64,000 nucleotides of DNA from Rhynchobatus australiae (lineage: Eukaryota). The position numbers and the translations under genes are program-made. This document shows positions 25,110 to 37,300 of the stretch, one piece after another. Where the stretch lies: contig JAUZTB010000048.1 of the NCBI GenBank assembly GCA_034780895.1, positions 21,306,721 through 21,370,720 of the forward strand, given 5' to 3'. How positions within the stretch are numbered: position 1 is the stretch's first letter; each line of letters starts with the position of its first letter. The notes below the pieces were generated by a model. The model was given only the letters and a program-made list of their open reading frames with translations, was not told where the DNA came from and ran no database searches.

Positions 25110-26410
25110 ATCCTATTGAAACCACAAATTCACATTCCTATCTACCCGCTGGAGTCATTCATCCGCTTACTTATCAAAAATCTAAATCCCTCTGCTTTAA
25201 GAACATTGAAACACTCTACTTCCACCACCCCTTGATGTAGAGAGTTCTAAGGACTCATAAAATTCTGAAAGAATCAATTTTATCTCATCTTTGTCTTCTG
25301 AGAGCACCTCTCAAGCAGTGAACATTGGTTCCTAATTTTTCCACAAGAAGAAGCATGGTCTCCATGTACATCCTTTCAAGACCCCTCAGGATTTTATATG
25401 CTTCAATCAAGTTTGCTCTCACTCTTATAAACTCCAGCAGGTGCAAGTATATCTTGTCCAACCTTTCCTCAGAAGAGAACCCAGTCATTCAAGGTATTAG
25501 TCCAGTAAACCTTCACTAAACTGCTTCCAATGTAGTAACATGCTGCCTTCAGAAGACTAACAATGCCCTATATCACTGAAACATAATTTTCCTACTTTTG
25601 TACTACACACTCCTAGAAATAAGCAGTAGCATTCTGATAATTTTCCTAATTACTTGCTATGCCTTCTTATTAGCCTTTTGTGAATTATGTACTGGGACTT
25701 CCAGATAATTTGCATCTGAAATTTCTCATCATTTTGATTATATATTTTTTTACTGTTTCTGCCAAAATGGACGATATCACATTTTTCCACATTATGTATC
25801 ACCTGCCATGTCTGCTCATTCACATATTCTTGAAACAACTTTGCATCTTCCTCACAGCCCACAATGCCACCCAACTTCATATTATCAGCAGCTTTGGATA
25901 TATCTTATATATCCCTTCATCCACCTCACTGATTCTGATTGTGAGCATACGGGGCCAAGGCAATCTCTGTAGCACCCGACTAATCACAGCCTGGCAATCC
26001 AAAAATGAATAATCTGACTCGGTGCAGATGAAGAGCTTTGACTTGAAACATTGACTGTCCATTTCACTCCATAGATGCTGCCTGAACCGTTGAGTTCCTC
26101 CAGCAGTTTGTTTCTTGCTCCAGATTCCAACAGCTGCNNNNNNNNNNNNNNNNNNNNNNNNNNNNNNNNNNNNNNNNNNNNNNNNNNNNNNNNNNNNNNN
26201 NNNNNNNNNNNNNNNNNNNNNNNNNNNNNNNNNNNNNCCAACCTTGTGACATCAACAAATTTAGTAACCACACCTTCAGCGTCTTCATCCATGTCATTTA
26301 TCTAAATCATTCAAAGCTGAGGCCCCAGCACTGGTCTCTGTTGATATACCACTCATTATATGTTACCAGCCAGAAAAATTCTCATTTATGCCTACTCTCT
26401 GTTTCTTGTT
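25110..26410 (-). mobile_element. CR1 LINE remnant(s)
   Basis: MTGFSSEERLDK..RANLIEAYKILRGLER, KLGGIVGCEED..NVEKCDIVHFGRN and MDEDAEGVVTKFVDVTRL. Split by a Penelope mini-element and a gap. Confidence 0.85.
26020..26137 (+). mobile_element. Penelope pLTR-derived element with hammerhead-like core
   Basis: CAGATGA-agagctttgactt-GAAAC-ATT-gactg (26025-26057), followed by 'agatgctgcctgaaccgttgagttcctccagcagtttgtttcttgctccagattcca'. Confidence 0.75.
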
Positions 26411-26559
26411 GCAGATTGGTTATAAATCTCACAAAGACATCAGTTTTAAACTGATGGAGAGAAAACCATCTCGAGTAAGATCTTTCCCAACTCTATTTCC
26501 TTCTGTGTCCACTCTTAATGAAAATTTTCATCCAGTTTATTTACAAATGCATTTAATCC

Positions 26560-27320
26560 CATCTAACCATTCTTTGGTCTGTTATTCACTCAAAATTTTG
26601 CAGCTACTAATCTGCTTAATCACATCTCCACTTTTGATGCTTCAGTCCCCGTGAAAACTGTTTTCTCTCTCATCTTGATCATTCCACGTGTACCACTCCA
26701 TTTGCTGAAGCTGAAATTGAATAGATATGAAGAACATTTGGATTAGCCATTCATTTCCAGAAAAATTTTAACAACAACAGTCGCTCCCTATTCTGGAATA
26801 ACCCTGGAATGCAAGTATAACTTAATCTACTACTGAAACCATTAATCATGCCTTTCTTACCTCAAAGCATTATGACTGCATTATTTGTCTGGCCCATCTA
26901 CTTCATTTTCCTGTAGACTCCAACTCATTAAAAATTTTGTTTCCTGCCTCCTAATTTGCATCAAATCCCATTTACCATCAGCCCAATTCTTGCTAACCTA
27001 CCTCTGCATCCAGTAAAGCAACAGCTCAGCTTTAGAATTTCCATCCTTGCTGTCACGTTTCTTAATGTCCGCCTAACTCTGCTAACCTCCTTTAGCCCGT
27101 AGTCAATATAATTGTGCATCTAATATTCAGCCAACTTGTGGTTCACCATTTGGTAGATGTACATTCAATTGATCAGTCCTGAAGCTCTGAATTTCCCTCC
27201 ATTTATTTAGTTCGAGATGTTCCTTAGAATCTACCTCAGTTCAAACTAGCTGCCCAAATATCTTCTTATGTGGCTTGGTGTCAAAATACTTTGATAACCC
27301 TCCTGTAAAGTACCTTGGAG
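26560..27320 (+). mobile_element. L2 LINE 3' remnant
   Basis: ISPILANLPLHPVKQQLSFRISIL (~26977-27050) resembles L2 HITPxLxxLHWLPVxxRIxFKILxL. Ends with the L2-type 3' end 'ctcctgtaaagtaccttgg'. Confidence 0.6.
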
Positions 27321-27329
27321 CAGTACAGT

Positions 27330-27985
27330 TTATAGAACATGATGCCAAATGAAGCTAATCCCACCTGCCTGCATATGATCCATATCCTTCCATTCCCTTC
27401 ATGTTCATGTGTCTGTTTAAGTGCCTCTTAAACACTACTATCATGACTGTTTCCACCACCACTCCTGGCTGTTCCAGGCACCTGCCACTCTCTGTGAAAT
27501 AAATTTGCCCCATACATCTCCCTTAAACTTCCCCCTGCTCACCTTAAAGCTATGCCCTCCAGTAGTTGATATTTCTACCCTGGGAAAGAGACTGTGACTA
27601 TCTTCCTTTTGTTACGTACCAGCAACAAAAGAAACACACTGAGACATGTATAAGTGTTAAAATGTACTTTATTAATAACTACATATGATAATAAGTAAAA
27701 TAAAAGTAAAAATGTTAGAATGTTAGAAGTAAAAATGTTAANNNNNNNNNNNNNNNNNNNNNNNNNNNNNNNNNNNNNNNNNNNNNNNNNNNNNNNNNNN
27801 NNNNNNNNNNNNNNNNNNNNNNNNNNNNNNNNNNNNNNNNNTCTCCTTCAGACTGACTCCGACTGGTTGTTTCAACAACAACGTCATGACATTCTTTACC
27901 TTCTGTTGACGTAAGCACGCCACACAACACTATCTAAAAGGGACACTCACTAACAGTCCTAGTCCATAACACTTATCTATGCTTA
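27330..27985 (-). mobile_element. CR1 3' end fragment interrupted by a solo LTR
   Basis: 'ctaatcccacctgcctgcatatgatccatatcc...ttaaacttcccc...gggaaagagactgtgactatc|...|cttatctatgc' is the reverse complement of the CR1 3' region seen at 58.5-58.8k. Confidence 0.8.
27610..27971 (-). mobile_element. solo LTR (Gypsy-like)
   Basis: Begins TGTTACGTAC and ends GTCCATAACA (TG..CA, 8/10 inverted match). Flanks cttt/ctta form an imperfect 4-bp TSD. AATAAA on the minus strand at ~27668. Cleanly interrupts a CR1. Confidence 0.7.
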
Positions 27986-29019
27986 TATACTGTAGAAATG
28001 TTTTTAGTTGGTACTAGTGTTGCTAAGATGCTGCCATGACCTTATTTCACCAGAATAATAATTTATAAAGAACTGCGGCGTAAAATATCCTTAAAATTGT
28101 TCAAAATTCTTTGCAATTGATGGGCAAGTGTCAGTTATGCTGATATAGCACTGTCCAGAAAGCTGTTAAACATGTTCTCAGCCTTCCCCAAATTGTGAAA
28201 ACAGTTGGATGGAAATCATCCTGATCTAGGAGGAACTTGGACTCTGGTGGCACAATAAGGAGCCCCCAGCTCAAAATTACGCTGTTAAATTTGACAGCTG
28301 GCAAAGCTCTGCTACTGTTTTGCCAGCTGTAAAAGCTGTGAATGATTCTTAATAGTTTTCAAATCTTTATGACATTCAGGGAGATTTAATACCTATTAAC
28401 ATTGAAATGAATAATAACAAAATGATGGACATTATTAATAATTTAAAATAATAACAACAATAACACCTAAGATATTTATAAGTTATTCAGCTGGATTGAT
28501 CTGAATCAGGCCTACTGCCTAGAATTGCTTCCTGCAGTCCCCACAAGCCTACACCTGCTGGGTCAGAAATGAAAGGGCTGACCCTGCTGGTCTCAGCACC
28601 TTTGAAGCCAGCAGCAAGGTCAGGACAGTGACAGAGCCTTCAGCAGCCTAATGTGGAGTCCCTCCCCCGATAGAAGGAAAAGCTATCATTGATTTTAACC
28701 GCTGCTTTTCAATGTCGCTGCCATTCAGAATCATTCAAGGATTATTAAAGCTGGTAAGTAATTAGAAAAATAGAAATTACTAAAGTGGCTTGATAATAAA
28801 AATACATTAAATAATTAAAGACATAAAACTTAACTAAAATATTTCTTTTTAAAAAAACAACTGATTTGCATCATTGCCACCTAAGTTTGTGTCCTACAGA
28901 ACATAAGATTTCAGTACAACATCAGATCTGACCTGGCATGGGATCTAAGCAGCATTTCCCCAGTTTAACTACAATTATGTAGGGACTTGGTAAAACCATC
29001 CCTGAAGCACTGTGTATAA

Positions 29020-29520
29020 TCCTTAGCTAAAAAAGGATCTACTTGCTATTGACAGTAGAGTGAAGATTCACTGGATTGGTTCCTAGGATGGCAGCTCTGT
29101 CATGTGAGGAGAAAGTGAGTAGATTTAGGCCTCTATTCTCTGGAATTTAGAAGCATGACAGATGATCTGTTGAAACATCAAAAAACTTCTTAAAAGGGCC
29201 TGACAGGGTAGGTATAGAAAATTACTTCCTCTGGCTAAGAAGTCCACAATTAGTGGTAGGATTCTCAAAAGAAAAGATAGGCCATTTAGGACTTTTTTTT
29301 CCANNNNNNNNNNNNNNNNNNNNCCTCCAGGTGGCTATGGATACTCATTGAACAGAGATCAGTAGATTTCTGGCTGGTAAGGGAATCAGGACATTTGGGA
29401 ATAGGGCAAGTAAATGGCATTTGAGTTATAATATCGACAATGATCTTGCTGAATCATATTGAAAGCCTGAGGGGCTGAATGGCTTCCTCCTACTCTGCTT
29501 CCTTACCTTCGTATGTTTCT
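29020..29520 (+). mobile_element. CR1 LINE 3' end
   Basis: RFTGLVPRMAALSCEE..LYSLEFRSM, and 3' UTR 'gaggggctgaatggcttcctcctactc'. Confidence 0.8.
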
Positions 29521-31014
29521 ATTGATTACTAATGAGCTCCAGAGGCCCCATTCGACTGACACAGTGACACGCTAGACAATAAAATTGGGAAAGTTCTTGC
29601 CACAGAGATTCCAAGATATTTGAGAGGGACATTCTTATAGGCAGTGGTGTTCCATGCAGCTTCAATGCTGACTGCAACATCTGGGCCATTGCAATGTATA
29701 ATCGATATTATATAATAAAACCACTTAAATACTGTCCAAAGATTTTTGTACAAAAATTGGTTTTTCAATGGCAGTGGAATTTAAACCTGCTATAGATCAT
29801 AGAGTACAATATTTGTACTTGTTTGACTCAAGCAGATGAGCAATAAACTGTTCTACATTCACAGTGGATGTAATCCAAAACTCTGTATTTTAAATGAAAA
29901 GTGCTCTTCTTACTCAGAATCAATAAATAAACAGTCAAGCTTTGAGACAACTACTGTCTTAATGGAAAAGAAGAGCAATAAAACTCTTTGAAGTGAAATA
30001 GAGAATATCCCAGGAGCAAAAATGACCTAACAATACTTCAACTGCAAGGTTATAAATGGGGTCAGAGGAATAAATGAAATAGTTAATCACTTCCACTTGT
30101 ATAATTTTGATTTTAAAGAATATAAAAGACTATATCTGGGAACATTTTACATTTTATGTTAGCTACACTTTTAAAAAGTAATAATAAAAGGCAGAGGAAG
30201 TGAAGCAGTATTATGTGGACATCAGTCTCTAAGAGAGTTAAAGTCATTCAAAGTGATTCAGTAGCTGTTAACAGTAGAGAGACCACATCCTAAACACACT
30301 GGAAAACATCAATGGCTGATTAAGATCCAAAGTGTTTTGTGAATATTCATTTGGAGCTTGTCAGCGGATATTGCAAAATGAATAAAGGCATTAAGCCAAA
30401 GACTTCCCCAAGCACTTGTTATGATGTTTGCTCTTGGCTCAAGATTATTATGCACAACATACAGGGTGTTTTTTTTTCATCATGTACTCTTGTATTATGT
30501 GAATGTATTACATTTTATGTGTTATTTGAATGAATATGTTAAGTGCTTCAGAATGGAACTTATTTACAATGTTACTCCACATACAATAAGGAGTGTTTAT
30601 ATATTAGATTACCTTTGAAATATTAAATGGACACTACATTTGCCTCCTCGAATAAACATTGATGAACACATAACAGTGTTCAAGAAAGACAGGATTTTTG
30701 TGGTATCATGGTAAATATTAATGTATAAATAAATATAATTAAAACATATTCATCAAAATATACTAACTTATCAATTATCTTATTATAATATGGACCAGTG
30801 TGTAAATTTTTAATTAGTACATAATCAAAAGTAACATCCTCTTCAGTTCATAAGAATCCCTGGACTACTACTGATCAAAATGGAGAAGAAGCAACTAGGA
30901 AGTCACTGAGTTTCTACGATGGGAGTACACAGAAGCCAGGTGCAAATAATGGAAAGAAAACATAACATCTAAAACAACCCCGACTCACCCTGTTAAGTAC
31001 TATCATTTTGTCAG

Positions 31015-31145
31015 AAAAAGATGCTGCAAATGCTAGAAATCAGAAATAAATAAAGAAACTCATGGAAATTTTCAGCAAGCCAGGCAGCATCTTTCTCCAC
31101 AAATGCTGACGGACCTGCTGAGTTTTTCCTGAATCTGCTTTTATC
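31015..31145. mobile_element. Penelope-derived fold-back mini-element (centre deleted)
   Basis: 'ggaaattttcagcaagccaggcagcatct' and 'aaatgctgacggacctgctgagtttttcc' are inverted arms nearly abutting. Confidence 0.7.
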
Positions 31146-31250
31146 GAGTCTGCAGATGCAACATACAACTCATCAGCTGTTTCACAGCTGATAGAACTGG
31201 AGTGGAAGCAAGTTATCCTCGACCCAGAGGGACTGCCTGAAAAGAGGAAA
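31146..31250 (+). mobile_element. RTE LINE 3' terminus
   Basis: 'tggaagcaagttatcctcgacccagagggactgcctgaaaaga' matches 48955-48998 'tggaagcaagttatcctcatcccaagtgactgcctgaaaaga'. Confidence 0.75.
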
Positions 31251-34200
31251 AACTTATTTTTGTGTTATAAGAGCCACAATATATGTCTTATTTTTAAAAC
31301 TCTCCCAATAAATGCTTCATTTGCAGGTGGCTTTCCGATCATTTTGGTGCCATATTTTATCATCTTGCTTCAAGGTAAATCCTCGCAACCTGATTAAGAC
31401 AAAGTATTTTAAAAATTAAAATAGAGCATTGAGAATAAAAATACAAAGATAAAATTAATTAAGTTGCATGGAATAATTACTGGAAAATGAAACTGTAAAA
31501 AAAAGAGAAAAAAATACCCCCTTTTCTTTGTAAGATGGATCTTCTTTNNNNNGATGGATCTTCTTTAGCCCTCTTAAAATATTTATTTTCCAGTCTTTTT
31601 AAAATATTTAAATGAATTCTTTTGCATATTCCATATAAACACATCACAGACTAGTCATGTGGATAGTCATTGCTTATGAGATTAAGCCCACTAGCTGAAA
31701 ATACATTCTAATGTTTTTAACACTGGCCTATAGGTGGGTCTATTTATCAAACAATGCAGAAAAATGTCAAATTCAATGATATTAAATTTGTTGGTTTGTC
31801 ATTATTATACAATAAAACTGATTAAAAAAACTATTTCCATTGGGATTTTCTGAACAATGGAAAGAGCTTCTAAGCTACAGAAACAAAATTAAACAATAAC
31901 ATCGTGGGATGTGTTAATTTTTCTTGTCTGTTCAAAACCATACTGCTGATACAGAATAGGAGTTTCTAACAAGAAATGGAAGAAAAAGTAAAAACTCCTT
32001 GGTAAAAGAATGAAAAGTTATCTGGCAATCCACCTGACTGCAATAACCACACTTAAAGAGAATAGTGCCTTGAACTGAAGTGGGCAATATAAATACCATG
32101 GTCATTTACAAGGGAGCAGTATAGTTTGAAAATAAAACTTTTTCTTGATAAATTATTTCATGAATTTAATTTGAAGCCCAGTCCATAAAGGCAAGTGAAT
32201 TCTTGTCAGATGTTAATCACAAATATGTAGGNNNNNNNNNNNATTGAAGGAATGTCTAATGTCCAGAGGTCCAACAATGTTGCACAGAATACCAGACAAG
32301 ACAACATGTTTTGCAATTGGGAAACAGATTAGAAAGTACAGCAGCTGTTTTACATTGCCCAGATACAGTACCTTGCAGCAGTTATTTAACAACATTGGTT
32401 AGCAACAATTTTGGAAACAAGCAAACAACTTTCTTCAAAACTTTTACTTCAAAAGTTTTCTTTGTAGTATTTTCCAGAAAAAAACAATGAGTATTGCCAA
32501 AAAGGATTGGGGTAAAGTATAGAATTCTAAGGCTCCTACCTGCTAAAGATTGAACATTGAAGAGCATAGCGAACAATTATTGTACATTATAAAATCATAA
32601 GAAGAGCAAGTCTAATCTGATACAGGATCTGAATGCATTTTCCTTGGCAAGTGTGCTATTGAAGCTCAGCAAGCTTATGCTCCAAAGGTGGAGTGTAAAA
32701 AGGAAGTGAATAGTGGAGCTCGACTAATCAGTGTTCAGCTGGGAGTTCTGAATCTTTCCAGGGCCCTCAATGAGAAATGGGGAACCGCCATCAAAACACA
32801 GGAAAATCTAGGCAATATGAAGGAGTGATGATAAATGATGCACCAATATTGCAGTGGAACAGCTGTGTTTGAAGACTCTGTTGAACAAGAGCTGTGAGAT
32901 GATGCAAGCAGATCACCACATAATCAGATTCCAATATACCCACATTCAGGTTTCTACATTTTTCAGTGGTTATACGCCACTGAAAATGTTTTCTGGAGTA
33001 ACTTTATTTTCCCTACTGTTTTCAAGGAGCAAGAGAGGGATTCAAAGTTATGTGCCTGTATCTTCACATAGTTTCCTGAGAATATGTTATTACATCGTCT
33101 CTCACCCAAAGAAGTTTGGAATCTCAGCTCTAATTCCTGAAAGGGGTTACATAACAAAGTGAGGGCCTAAGCAGTTACAGTCTTCTGCACAACCCTTCAT
33201 TTTGAACTACAGCATTTTCAACATAGAAATTGTCACTGAAACTGTAAACAGTGTGTTCCCATTGCTCAGTATTGCTGCCCACAGGTAATGAGAGACGCTA
33301 AGTGGACAACTAGGCAGTGAAATGACATAAAGCAGCAATTGCGTGCAGTAATAAATAAGTATTCAGAGCAAGGCACTGGGATTGTGCAATAGCTATATTG
33401 CAGTGAGGTTGTTTAATATTATACAGATGCTGAGCAATGAATCAGGATTGTGCATTGGTATAAAATGATGATATTGTGTAATGGTATAAAACACAGAGCT
33501 GGAACTTATATGGTGCAATGTTTTTTTGAACTCTGCAATAGAATTTTACCTGAAGCCAACAGCTAATTACAGTTAACAACTCCATGCATGGCCTAGGGGG
33601 TTTCCAATAAAAATATTGTGATTCTCTCCATCCAGAATGTGCTTATGGAGGTAGATGTTGCTGCAATGGTGACCAGCAAACAATGTAAAAGTCATAGTAG
33701 TCACCTGCCTCCACTGTTAGAGAGTGAATGCCTACTGCTGTAATTGGTTCAAGTGCCCATGCCTAAGAGGCAATGAATTTATTCATGACCCTACCTCCTC
33801 ACCTACCACACCCGCACAGCAGTCCCAAGTGCAGGCTGCTATAATATCTTTTATGTGGGGCCACTCTGGCTTTCAGGATCCCTACCCCAGGTGCCCACTT
33901 TTAAAAGCAAAATGAATTGGGCTGTGATGTCTGTTCTCAGTACCCAGCTATCAGTCAAGGGCGAGTTCCTTCTGTGTGGCATCACTAATTCCAGTGTGGT
34001 TCCTGGAGTGAACTTTAAGAGCTTCCCCTATAGTGGGAAGTTATGCAGTAAGTTTGACTTTCCCACACAGCCATGCTTCCTACCCCTGCTTTGTGTGCAA
34101 TTACTCATGGATGACATGAATTTGCAATTCTAACATGCACCTGATGTCAATATGCATTTTTAAGCACTGTAGGATTCGAGTTTGCCCTCCACAGAACAGA

Positions 34201-34869
34201 TTGGCTCAGCAGTAAGTTTTCTCATTTTGGAAATTTAACATGATGCATCTCCAAAAAAACTTCAGAAAACTTCTGAACTATCTTTCAATATAGAGAAGTG
34301 AAATTTTAAATTGGAACTCTAGCAGGATCACTGCATTGGTCTGAGGACAAAAGTACTCTGTCATTCTTGGAGACGTTCTCCCAGACAAAAAAAAATTACT
34401 ATAACTTTAAAATCCAACTCTGTACAGATTAATATGCCATTACAGATACTGCATGATTTTAAGAGATCAAATTATTTCCATAATATTGGAGTACACACAT
34501 TAATTATTTATAATTACTTGTTAAGGGAACACTATACATTTTAAATCATTGTTTTAAGCAACAGTTATATTCACTTATCATTCGATTAATGTTTTATATC
34601 AAGAAGCATTGGAAGTCGCAGTCACATAGGCAATGTTTTATATTTATGTCCGGTGAGCTAAATTTGCATTCTGAGATTTTGGATCGTTATACCACTTTAA
34701 ACTGTTGAAGCATTTCATCCATAGACATCAAGTGCCATGCTTTACCATCTAGGACAGCAACATGTTGGAGACTGCTTCACTTCTGCAGAGGACGGAAAGA
34801 AAATCCGAACAAAAATAAAGAACACAACAGCAGGAGGAGGAACTGGAAGCTTGCCAAAGAAACAGAGCA

Positions 34870-37300
34870 AGTTTGAAATACTTAAATCTACAGACAATTC
34901 TGAATAAAACTGGTGAGTTGGGGTGGGGGGGCTGCAAATTGCTCTGGGAAATACAATAATTTCATTAACTGATACACAGATTGGGATGACTGAACTAAAT
35001 ATTCCCAGCTGCAAAATATTCAGAAGGGGCTGTGTAGCAAGAATTGGAGGATTGGGGCAATTTTAATCAAAAAATTCATTACTGGACTAGAGCATTTAAG
35101 GCAAGGAATAAAAAATAAACTGCTATGGTATAAACTGCCAAACGGTGGAAATAAGGAAGAGTAACCCGCATACATTCAAAAATATTCAAAAATATGCAGA
35201 AGTGTCTTGCTCATAAATTGGGTGACTTAGTTAGCCAAAAGGGAAAATTTGGAAACGTAATTTTTAACAAAATTGTATTTAATATATATAGTAAAAAAGA
35301 AAAGGGAGTTTACATTATTAACCTACTTCACTAGAAGAAATCATGGTTTCATGAGATAAAACATAGAACTAACCTATATAAATTAGAAGGAAAAGTTAAC
35401 AGGTGAATAATAGAAAACATAACAAGAAGAAAAGATTTGGGTTAAAATATTTTTTACACAAGCACTAAAAGGCACATACAATCTATGCTCATTTGTTGAT
35501 TAAAAATATTAAAAGACACATAGAGCCAGATTATATGTCCTTTGATGGTGCTTCTGACACTGACTGATGGTGCTTCAGGCACTGACAGAAGACCTCCACT
35601 TTTGTACATTGAAATGCGAAGTTAGAGATGAGTTTGAGTCCAAATGCTGGGACATCTGACAATCCAGGGTTGGCAGAACACAGATGAGCTGATGTTGGGG
35701 CCATATATTCTTTGTATCTCTCCCCTCAGCTTTATGACAAGAGTCACTGATCCTGAGTTGAAAGGTCAGTGTAGGTACAAGTGGTTTATTTATTTTACTT
35801 TATCTTAACTTTTTAAATTAAGTTCTAGCACTTTAATGGGAGAGATTTGAACAAGGGGACATAGTTACAGGATAAAAGGATGTTCATTTAAAACTTGGGT
35901 GCAGAGGAATTTCTTCTAGCAGGGAGTGGTGAATCTCTGGAATGCTCTGCAGTGGAAGGTTGTGAATGCTAGATTACTGGAGGTATTTAAAGAGGAGGTA
36001 GATATTTTTTGACTGATTGGGGAAATTGAGGATTAACTGAGGGAACTGACACAGAAGTGGTGCTGAGGATTAGGGCAGATCAGTCTTTATCATATTGAAT
36101 GGCAGGGAAGGGTTGACGGGCCCACTATGAGTTTGGGCAGCAGGCTGGATTTAGAACAATGTGGTCAATTGGAGGCTATTACACAAATCTGAGGCTTGCC
36201 AAACATAATCAGGCAGATTAGAAAATATAGTGGGAAATGAAATGAGGAAATTAAAATGGCCAATACAAGTTACAAAGAGAAACCAGCAGATAATGTAACA
36301 GAAGTAGGAAAAGATTTTTGAATTCAAAGTCCATAGGGATATAAGGCAGGCGGTGACACATGGGTCACATCACACTTGAGTTCTCACTAGAATGACATAA
36401 TACAATTGGTGGGCGATTTACTGCTGCACACTCCAAAAAAGAAAAGAAAATGTATGGGACTGATTAGAAGAATACTGCTGGAAAATGATAAATAACAGGT
36501 ACTATCTTACTATTCATTTAATGTGATGGTAAGAATGAAGTGAGGAGGAGGTGGAGCAATCGGATAGGATAATTATAGTTAAGGATGAAGTACAGAAAAA
36601 AATGGTGGTAATTCAACACAGAGAAGGGATCAGGTCCTCTTGGCAGGGACTGCAGATTCCTGAGGAAAATCAAAGAGGAAATAAATGGATCAGATTACAC
36701 CCTTAGAGATGTGAAATGGATGGTTGTCAAAGTAAGACCTCTGTTCTAAAAGAAGAAAATAATAAACTAATTTTCTTTTAGACCATTTGGAATTGGCAAC
36801 AGCTAACCTTCTTGAAGTCATATTAAAATAGATTCAAAAAAGCATGCTTTAATAAAGGACTGTCAATATGGATTTGAATAAAGCAAGTTGTAACTCAAAA
36901 ATGTCATATATTTCTTTGAGGAACAGGGAATATAGACATGGAATGCAGGGGTTATTGTTTACATGGATTTTCAAAGGGTTTTAAAATTTATGATTTTAGA
37001 CTGGATGGATATAAATAGTAGCGTTTTCTGGGGTTTGTTGTTAGACCGTTGCATTTTTCAAAATGTATATAAATGATCTGATCTCTAATACAGTGGAATT
37101 TGAAAACCATGCAGAAAAAATAGCAATTAACTGTGGAAAATAAGACTTATAAATCACAAGAAGGAGGTAAATTTACTTATTTTCAATGGAGACAAAAATG
37201 AACTGATACATATGAAGAGGAAAAATAAAGAAAGCAGAACTAATTGTATAACCTCAAAAGGATTAGAAAATAGATATAGAGGTGCATGGAAATATAGGTC
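34870..37300 (+). mobile_element. very old CR1 ORF2 remnant (APE to RT) with a nested younger CR1 3' piece (~35835-36125)
   Basis: APE start LKYLNLQTILNKTGEL, ELNIPSCKIFRR..GG; later PLFxK, QYGFxxSKL and VYMDFQK (~36957-36977). Confidence 0.65.

Noticed and set aside
31534-31566. gatggatcttcttt duplicated across NNNNN
   Set aside because: Most likely a scaffolding overlap artefact.
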